Source: Chrysomallon squamiferum (taxonomy: Eukaryota; Animalia; Mollusca). From it: a stretch of DNA of 64,000 nucleotides. Under the pieces are notes generated by a model. That model worked only from the letters and a program-made list of their open reading frames with translations, was not told where the DNA came from and searched no databases. The first letter of the stretch is position 1, and every line of letters starts with the position of its first letter. The stretch is taken from assembly GCA_012295275.1 (NCBI GenBank), contig CM022670.1, positions 5,456,001-5,520,000 of the forward strand, read 5' to 3'. Shown here piece by piece: positions 56,360 to 64,000 of the stretch. Made by a program: the position numbers and the translations under genes.

Positions 56360-56400
56360 ACTATTTGCAGAGCGAGGAGGTGGGATTTTTGTTTATATAG
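56360..56400 (-). promoter_or_regulatory. TATA-box promoter candidate
   Basis: Minus-strand TATATAAA at 56392-56399 followed by a GC-richer stretch, with a CA about 30 nt downstream (56366) and a strong splice donor about 210 nt further on. Confidence 0.45.
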
Positions 56401-56503
56401 CTTTTGACATTGTTACTATTATGTAAATGAGTGTGATAATTATAAATGGTGGCAGACTGCTGTTAATAGTTTACATGTAGAACTGAAGAGAAAATGGAGG
56501 TAG

Positions 56504-56589
<86 letters not shown>

Positions 56590-57065
56590 ATATGTATGAT
56601 GTGTACAGGTGTGTGTGTATGTTTGTATATATGTGGTGAGAAAGAATGCTTGTATCTGTATATATATATATATATATATATATGTTATTAAGTCTCTACA
56701 TGTATCTATGTATATGTTACATATGTTGATATGTATTTATATGTTTGTAACTGGGCAGGTGTGTATGTGTACATGGATCTCTATATGTATGTATGTATGT
56801 ATGTATGTATATGTGAATGTATGTGTGTGTATGTTTGCATGTGTATAAAGAACTGTCATCAGTGTTTTTATTTTTCATGATGCTATGTTACAGTCAGACT
56901 CTGATCACGTAAAACTGTGTTTACCTAGTCTGTCACACCCGATCATTTCAAGGTTTGTTGTGGTATTTCATGTTATTGTCTTGAACCTAAACTCAAACAT
57001 CTTTCTATGGGCGACTGAGATAACACAAATATGTCGAGGTCCAAAGTCCATCAAACTGATACAAT

Positions 57066-57360
57066 GGGCTCAGTGGTTAGCTCACTTGATGCAATGAATT
57101 CCAAGATCAGTTCTCTAAGATGAACTTCATCAGACTATTTCCCAATCCGACATAGCCATGCATGACTGATTTCTCAGAAGAGTCAGTGGGAGTGTGCTTG
57201 TAAATGACATCCTGTTACTATTCAGTGAGGGTGGATCATAAAGTTGTAAAGTTTATTTTCTTGTATTATTATCATAATGGGAAAACAAAAACAAAAAAAA
57301 CAATAGGTTTAACCCCTAATAACAGTTAATGTGTTGAAAGTTAATAAATATTTATTCATT
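57066..57360 (+). mobile_element. Degenerate SINE copy with tRNA-like head
   Basis: GGGCTCAGTGGTTAG A-box-like start, CTATTTTCCCAATCC block, AATAAATATTTATTCATT-type tail. Confidence 0.5.
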
Positions 57361-57520
57361 TGTTCACAGTAGAAGTTTACTTTTTTTTTTCTAAGCTGTT
57401 CATGTATATCTGTGGTGTATTTTAATAGAAATGTAAAACATACATTGTGCTTTTTACCAACATAAAATAATGCTTTTCACTGAGACATAACATGACTTAT
57501 TGCTACACAAATTACAACCA

Positions 57521-57731
57521 ATTTCTGCTAAAAAAAAAGAAGCTAATATCTGCTCAACTACACAGCTCATTCCTGCTCAGAAATACATTCATTTTTACTC
57601 ACATAGCTCATTCTTACTCAAAAATACAAGTCACTGCAGCTCACAAATGGATATCATTTCTGCTCAAAAGGAAGTTCATTTCTGCTCAAAATACAGCTCA
57701 TTTTTACTCACAAATACAGCTTATTCCTACT
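57521..57731. repeat. Degenerate ~21-23 bp minisatellite
   Basis: Recurrent CAGCTCATT(C/T)(C/T)T(G/A)CTCA..AAATA. Confidence 0.8.
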
Positions 57732-58147
57732 CTCCCCTTCCTTGCTGACATGTCTAAATCATTCTCAAAATCAAAACTGATGCATAACTGATGATTTAAC
57801 TTAATGATTTCTTAATTATATGATCAAATGTGCTCACAGAAACCATTCATTATTGTAATTGAACCATAAACAATGATGCTGCTTAATACCAGAGTAAAAC
57901 TAGTGATAATGACACAACACAGTAATATAAAACAATATATGCAATGTTAAATAGCTCAATTTAAAAGTTCAGTCATTATTAATGGATTAACACCAATTTC
58001 ACTTTAATCAATCAAAAGTTAAACATTTTATACATGAAATAAATAGATACGATAAAGTAAATAGTATAAGATATTTCATATTTATTAATCTATTATTCAG
58101 TACTAAGGTACAATATAACAGGTTGATAAAAACTGACAGAGGCAGGG

Positions 58148-58281
<134 letters not shown>

Positions 58282-59638
58282 TATCAAAGGAAGAGAGGAA
58301 GAGACAAATAAAGATATCAAAGGAATAGAGGAAGTAAAATTTAGATAGAGAATGAATGAGAGGGGACAGCCCAACATAATCATAATGCTGAAAAAGAGAA
58401 AGTTAATATTTTAATGTTTAGAGAAATGTCTAGATGTAACATAAGAGTTCATGGTTCACTGAACAGTATAATAACAATACTCTCAGTGTAATTTCAACAC
58501 TAGAAGTCACTGGCTGATAAACAAAATATCTTACAGAAGAGTCAGGAAGGATGCTGCTGATGTCATAAATAAACACTTACTCTAGTCACCAAATCTTAAC
58601 TGTTCTCTATAAAGTTTGTAGAACATAAACAGTGTGATGTTATTATATCTATAGGTGTATGTTTGTTGTTTTGTTCTTGTTGTTGTTGCTGAGAAGGATG
58701 AATGTCAGTGATGTCATAGATTGTTAACTGTTTTCTGTGATGTTTTGAGAAAATAAACAATATGATATATATAGGACATGACATATGAATGTTGGGTGGT
58801 GGTGGATTTTGTTGTTAGTTTTGCTTTCTTATTTCTCTGTAGGAAGAACTGTTATATTAATTTAATCATAAATGTGTGTATGTACATGTTTTTGTGTGTG
58901 TGTGTGTGTATTTTATTATTAATATTTTTTTGTTATTATTATTTTTATTATTATTTATTTATTTATTTATTTATTTAATTAATTATTTCACTATCAGATA
59001 TTTGTGAAGACTGCACAATGATATGAAATGTAAACAATTCCTTTCATGTGTGCCCCCCCCCCAGTAAGTGAGATTCCCCTTTCATTCTGTTTTACTGGAA
59101 ACTTGTCTAGATTTTGTGCTTTCTGCATCAAATGTTGATTGAGTTGAAAAACTTTATTATTTAGGAATTAGTGTCTTGATGTTTAATGAAATAAGAAATT
59201 TTATATTCATTTTATTTTTTTTTTTTTTTTTTTTATATATTTATATATTTATTTTTTTATTTATTTATTTTTTTTTTTTTATTATTATTATTTAATGTTT
59301 TTTGGTGTGTTTTTTTTGGTGGGGTTTACAAACTACAATACATTACATTGTTTTCTCTTGGTGTTTTTTTGATACTTCAGATAACTTTGCAACTTTGACA
59401 AAATATTTTTTTAAAACTTCTTTAATTACAAATAAAAGAAGAATAAACAAAATAAATAAATAAAATTTAAAAAGAAAGTAAATGATTAATATATATGATT
59501 GTGTATTTTAGTTTTAGGTTTTGTTTTGTTTCTTAACATAGGATTTTTTATTTTATTCTATATTTTTTGTAAGCATTATTATTTTTATCATTAAAATAAC
59601 AATAAAAAAAACACATAATATAAATAAATAAATAACTG

Positions 59639-59695
<57 letters not shown>

Positions 59696-59845
59696 TAAAT
59701 GAATGAACTTCAAATAATAATTACATAAATGAAAAATAAATTAAATAACATCACTTTCACCAAATTAATGCTCAAATAACAGAAATAGTAAAAGTCATCA
59801 GTACCTCCTTGTATCTTAGTCTTTATAACGCAGGACGTCACTAAC

Positions 59846-60339
59846 GTGCCACGCCCACTTCGCGCGCTCCAAACTCGATCTAAATAACGTTAGCCCGACC
59901 GTAGTAATCCACTTGCACTGGCTGTTTAGTTAATAAAAACAGAGTCCATTTATACACAGTCGTTCTTTAAATACTGAGTACTTTTAAAGCTTCAAACGGA
60001 ACAAACAGTCTTGGAAACGTAGAGCGATCGCGAAGCTTCATTAACGACCTGATTTTGGATACAGTCACGATCAGCGTGTTATGAGTCAGAATTAAAAACA
60101 AACGACATGTCCCTGGTCAGTCGAAATAAATTAGCAAAGAACGAAATGACGTCGAAGTGAAATTCCTTCGATCTCGAGGCGTTTAAAACGCAACCGATTA
60201 AAGTTTGTGTGAACGGTCACTGAAGCGTGTCCAATTGCTAGCTAGAGGCTGAAAAAGTGGTGCAGGATTCTTTACAAACGACGGCCCGTAACGATCGAGT
60301 TTGTTTATGAATTTAGTGAAGACATATTGCGACACTTTT
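59846..60339 (+). ncRNA. Candidate structured non-coding RNA of unknown family
   Basis: Nested long-range complementarity: 59870-59880/60293-60303 (11 bp perfect), 59906-59920/60258-60269, 59940-59956/60206-60222, 59958-59962/60195-60199, plus internal hairpins; G-U pairs favour plus; CpG-rich; no long ORF. Confidence 0.45.
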
Positions 60340-60589
60340 GTTAATACTGTCTGCTGTACTGTTTTATTTTTAAGGTTTTCTGTTGTTGATGGGTGTTATA
60401 TTTTTCAGCTAAATGACTGATTAATGTCATACTGACAATCAACGAATTTTTCTTATTTGGCCTTGGCAGGCTAGATCAGGTGACTGCTACGGTCAAAATA
60501 CCGTCATATATTTTAATTGAGATTTGCAGGAAAAAATAATATATATAATATTGCCCCTGTCCGTAAATAGTTTATGAAATAAAAAATTA

Positions 60590-60800
60590 AATTGTACCAC
60601 ACTCACCTGAAATTGGCTGGCGGGTGATATATTTGTTTGTTTTGGTCACCTAAATCGTCACGAATCAGTAATATTATTGTCCTGCCAATCAAGCTATTTT
60701 CTGCGAAAATATGTCGGGACTTCCCCACAAAGTTGAATTCTATTGGTCATAGTATCACATAACCACGCCTCCATAAAAACCTGTATAATGTCTTGATAAA
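60590..60800. promoter_or_regulatory. CCAAT/GC-box cluster, promoter-like
   Basis: ATTGG at about 60612 and 60742, CCAATC at about 60685, CCACGCC at 60763; CpG retained. Confidence 0.4.
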
Positions 60801-61560
60801 TACTTTTCCTATTTCTGGCACAATTAAGGTTATTTTGGAGATATTCGGAATTTTTCGGATATTTTCGTTAATTTACGTGATACAAACTGAATCAATCAAA
60901 AAGCTTTCAATAAAGAGTGCTGCCAACGGTATTCCATAATATATATATATTTAAAGTTATATGAACATTCCAGTAATTGCCAGGTTATGTAAATCTCATT
61001 TTTATTAAAAATAAACACTAAGTTAGTAAGAAAGCTCATTATAACTTAACCATACAATTCAACACACACACACACACACAGTCACACACACTTAGGTATG
61101 TGAATGAACAGTTTGATACAATAATTGTTCTATTTTTAAATAAGTATCTTATGTTTTGCCTAGTATGAGGACTAAAAATAAAAAAATATAAAATAATATC
61201 AATGATAATACTGAAAATTAATAATGGCAAGGTGTTTTTGTAAACTGTTAACAAAAGATATAAACACACATACAAACGTAAATAACCCTTGCAGTCCCTG
61301 AATAAGGTGAAAAAAAATATCCTTTTTAGATAAAAATCATAAAATAATTCACATTTCACATATATATTAACTGTGAATGTTTAATATGCTGTGTTATGCT
61401 TGTCATGGAACAAAACTGTGATAGATAAAACTCCAGCAAAAAAATGAACTGTACAATCCATTGCTCCAGAGACACGTTGGAAAGAAATAAGAAAAATGTG
61501 TTAACTCAGTTAGTAATTTATTTACTATTAACATAATTAATTCACAAAATAAATCACAGT

Positions 61561-61614
61561 CTAATGTTTTCTTCCTGCCTTCGCTCTTTTTAACAGAGAA
61601 TTTCTTAAGGCAAT
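61561..61614 (-). CDS. SDAD1: SDA1 homolog (60S ribosome biogenesis), last coding exon
   Basis: tttcag acceptor; IALRNSLLKRAKAGRKH*, cf. recalled human LALRDALLKKKKRMK*. Confidence 0.9.
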   Translation of the reverse strand: MALRNSLLKRAKAGRKH

Positions 61615-62155
61615 CTGAAAAAAAAAATTTATTTTTTAATTAATTAAATGAAAATTTAATTTTTAAAAAAGCCAGCTGTTTGTTTTATTGTGTAGTAAAG
61701 AAATGTTGATAATATGTAAATTACAATTTTTATTAGATGACTGATTACAGAGAAATTATGTACACATAATTTAACAACATAAATAATCTACTTTATGACA
61801 AATAATGCAATATGAAGCAACATAATTTAAAAAAACATATCATGAATTTTACACATTAATAATTAATATAAGCCCTTTGTTAATATTTGAATTATTCTTA
61901 AAGTAATTTACCAATAAGAAAAATACCTATTTCATCAATATAATTTAAAAAATGTCATCAACGTTGGCTGAAATAAACAACTCACTGATACATAATTCAT
62001 TAATAATGCTTAAAACTAATAATTAAAGTAATAACTCTTGAACAGTAGCAACTGAAATTATGTTCATATTCTTAAAAAAAACATCAAAGGACTAATAATT
62101 ATTCATCTCTTAAAATATGAAATTAAAAAAAAATAGAAATAAAATAAAAATTCAC

Positions 62156-62310
62156 CTGTTTGTCTCTAAATGATCGTTTGCCTTTGTACTTCATTTTGTG
62201 TTTGACCATCATAAAAGCTTTTTCTTCTCTTTTTGTTTGTTTGTTGTACTTGACTGTGGATTCATCTTCTGTCGTCCATGTGCATATTTTTCTCTTCCTT
62301 TTCTTCCTTC
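62156..62310 (-). CDS. SDAD1: SDA1 homolog, penultimate exon (apparent 1-nt frameshift)
   Basis: EGRKGREKYAHGRQKMNPQSSTTNKQKEKK[fs]AFMMVKHKMKYKGKRSFRDKQ, cf. recalled human [20 protein letters not shown]...KRSFREKQ; AG/GT boundaries; 155 nt between two phase-0 junctions. Confidence 0.9.
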
Positions 62311-62603
62311 CTGCAGTGACATATAAAAGTAACATCAAATTATCTTCGTAACAAAAATCCAATGACATTTATGTTCTCTAATAGGACATTGACAAAAAAG
62401 CATAGGATAAAAAGTTTTTATATTAAAAAGATGAATTTGCATTTTGATGCATCAACACTGTTTCACAGGAAGGTACGTAATACATACACATAATTTGAGA
62501 AATGAAAACTAGCATTCAAACTGAATGAACTTTAGTAGTGTATTTTATTTAATGCTATCATAAATTCTTATTCTTTAAAAAAATAATCTCGTGTTCAATT
62601 TAC

Positions 62604-62688
62604 CATGATGGTCGCCAGTCTGGATTCACGGTCATGTGCTTTCTTCTTGTGAACATTCTCTATTGCTGCCAGATTTGGTAGCTCACCA
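62604..62688 (-). CDS. SDAD1: SDA1 homolog exon
   Basis: (S)GELPNLAAIENVHKKKAHDRESRLATIM, cf. recalled human [28 protein letters not shown]; phase 2-0. Confidence 0.92.
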
Positions 62689-63220
62689 CTGAAAATGAAA
62701 CAGAATTATCATTATTACTATTGTTGTTGTTGTTATTATTGTTATTACCAGCAGCATCAGCATCAGTATCTTCCTCTATCGATTATTAAAAAAAAATATA
62801 CTAACAATAATGCAGTATTTCTTAGTAGAATATTTTCAGTATTACAAATGAATTCATTCATGGCACTTGGTAAAAGTGAAGATATTGATGAAATACTCTC
62901 CTTCATTTCTAACTCAGTTTTTCACTGTAAATTGTTATTTGGGAAACACCATTTTGCAGACATCAAATAAAATCAAGATGCTACAACATTGCTGATCACT
63001 TTACAAGACAGTGTCTATTTTTGGAGACAGATTTCATCATCAATAATTCCATGATGGTTGTGTGTATAAATTCTGAGTGTTATTAATCTATTAACACTAA
63101 AGTTGTAATATTATGAAATGAAAGTGTTTCTCTGATTAATTAACTGTAAGTAGTCATTATCAACAGGGGAAAGCTATCTGTGTGAAACAACATTTATTGG
63201 AAAAATAAATGATAAATTAC

Positions 63221-63414
63221 CTTTCCTCCTTTTCTTCAATATCAGCGTGTTTTCTTTTTTTGGCACCTGAAGGTCTTAAATCCACAGCCTTCAATGCCTG
63301 ATGTTGCTGAATCTTCTTAAAATCCTCTTGTGTGAGAATTCGATTTGTTGACACCTCCTTAGCCTTTGCCTTCCTTTCTTCAGGATTTTCTGGAACATTC
63401 TCAGAATTTGTCTT
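63221..63414 (-). CDS. SDAD1: SDA1 homolog exon
   Basis: KTNSENVPENPEERKAKAKEVSTNRILTQEDFKKIQQHQALKAVDLRPSGAKKRKHADIEEKEE; the RILTQEDFKKI motif is typical of SDA1; phase 0-2. Confidence 0.93.
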
Positions 63415-63814
63415 CTGGAATTAAAAGTATTCTTCTAAGTTTGCTTAAAACGTGCGAATAAATGTGAATGCAGTCCATTAACTTAATTTCATTTTTTTTA
63501 TTTGGTAACGCACAGACACTAACTTTATAACAAAGAAATAAAAACATTTTAAAAATTAAAAATAAAAACATTATTATAGTTTATGATTATACATGTACTA
63601 AAAAATGACATATAACTAATCCAAAGACGTAAGAATTGTAACCCATAATGGGTACACTTATTAAAATTTGTCTACCTATTAAAACATTTGATTTATAGGT
63701 TTGCTCAGAGTTAAATCAACAATTAACTTGGAGATGACAAAAGAAATTAGACTGATGGTTGTGCATCTAACAAAACATTACAATAACTGATTTAATGATG
63801 TAAGAACTACTCAC

Positions 63815-63894
63815 CTCATCCTCATCTGATGAATGATGAACATCAATCCACTCTCCATCACTGTCATCATCATCACTACACGAGTCCCAATCAT
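63815..63894 (-). CDS. SDAD1: SDA1 homolog exon (gene continues right of the window)
   Basis: DWDSCSDDDDSDGEWIDVHHSSDEDE, cf. recalled human DGEWIDVQHSSDEE; ctacag acceptor and GAG|GTGAGT donor. Confidence 0.92.
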
Positions 63895-64000
63895 CTGTAG
63901 AATAGTTTACATACACACATTTACAACAGGCAGTGAAATAAAGCAAGAATGAAACTGACTTAACACTTTGACTGCTTAATTAAAAATAACTCCAGCAAAA

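Noticed and set aside
59833-60171. 7SK or telomerase RNA identity for the structured region
   Set aside because: No CCCTAA template on either strand; the GATC/GATC pairing spans the whole element rather than a 5' hairpin; no 3' hairpin-UUUU after the GACGTCA/TGACGTC pairing.
62913-63041. Box C (ATGATGA) and box D (CTGA) on minus in an SDA1 intron, possible snoRNA
   Set aside because: No terminal stem, no recognisable rRNA/snRNA antisense element, atypical distance to the 3' splice site.

Overview
AT-rich, CpG-depleted, microsatellite-rich animal genomic DNA, most likely a mollusc (gastropod-type tRNA-derived SINEs). Nearly all ORFs in the supplied track are low-complexity artefacts; the real genes are spliced and lie on the minus strand. 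(1) The 5' part of an E74/ELF-family ETS gene running off the left edge, with at least two alternative first coding exons spliced to a shared AAEALLSMDSP exon: one resembles the vertebrate ELF2B/NERF-1 N-terminus (23513-23573), the other the insect E74B N-terminus (10384-10699). (2) An unrecognised multi-exon coding unit (about 29.5-56.4 kb). It is either an orphan gene or a third, long ELF N-terminus, and includes a tandemly duplicated candidate exon. (3) The last five coding exons of SDA1/SDAD1 entering from the right edge, with a 1-nt homopolymer frameshift that is probably an assembly error. Mobile DNA includes an internally deleted Tigger/pogo element, a TTAA-flanked piggyBac-type MITE nested in a SINE, and many SINE remnants. 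The main unexplained feature is a CpG-rich ~490-nt segment (59846-60339) that folds by eye into a long rod-like stem with G-U bias on the plus strand and a multibranch cap, a candidate novel structured RNA. All homology calls are from recalled sequences and all structures were derived by eye; no searches were run.
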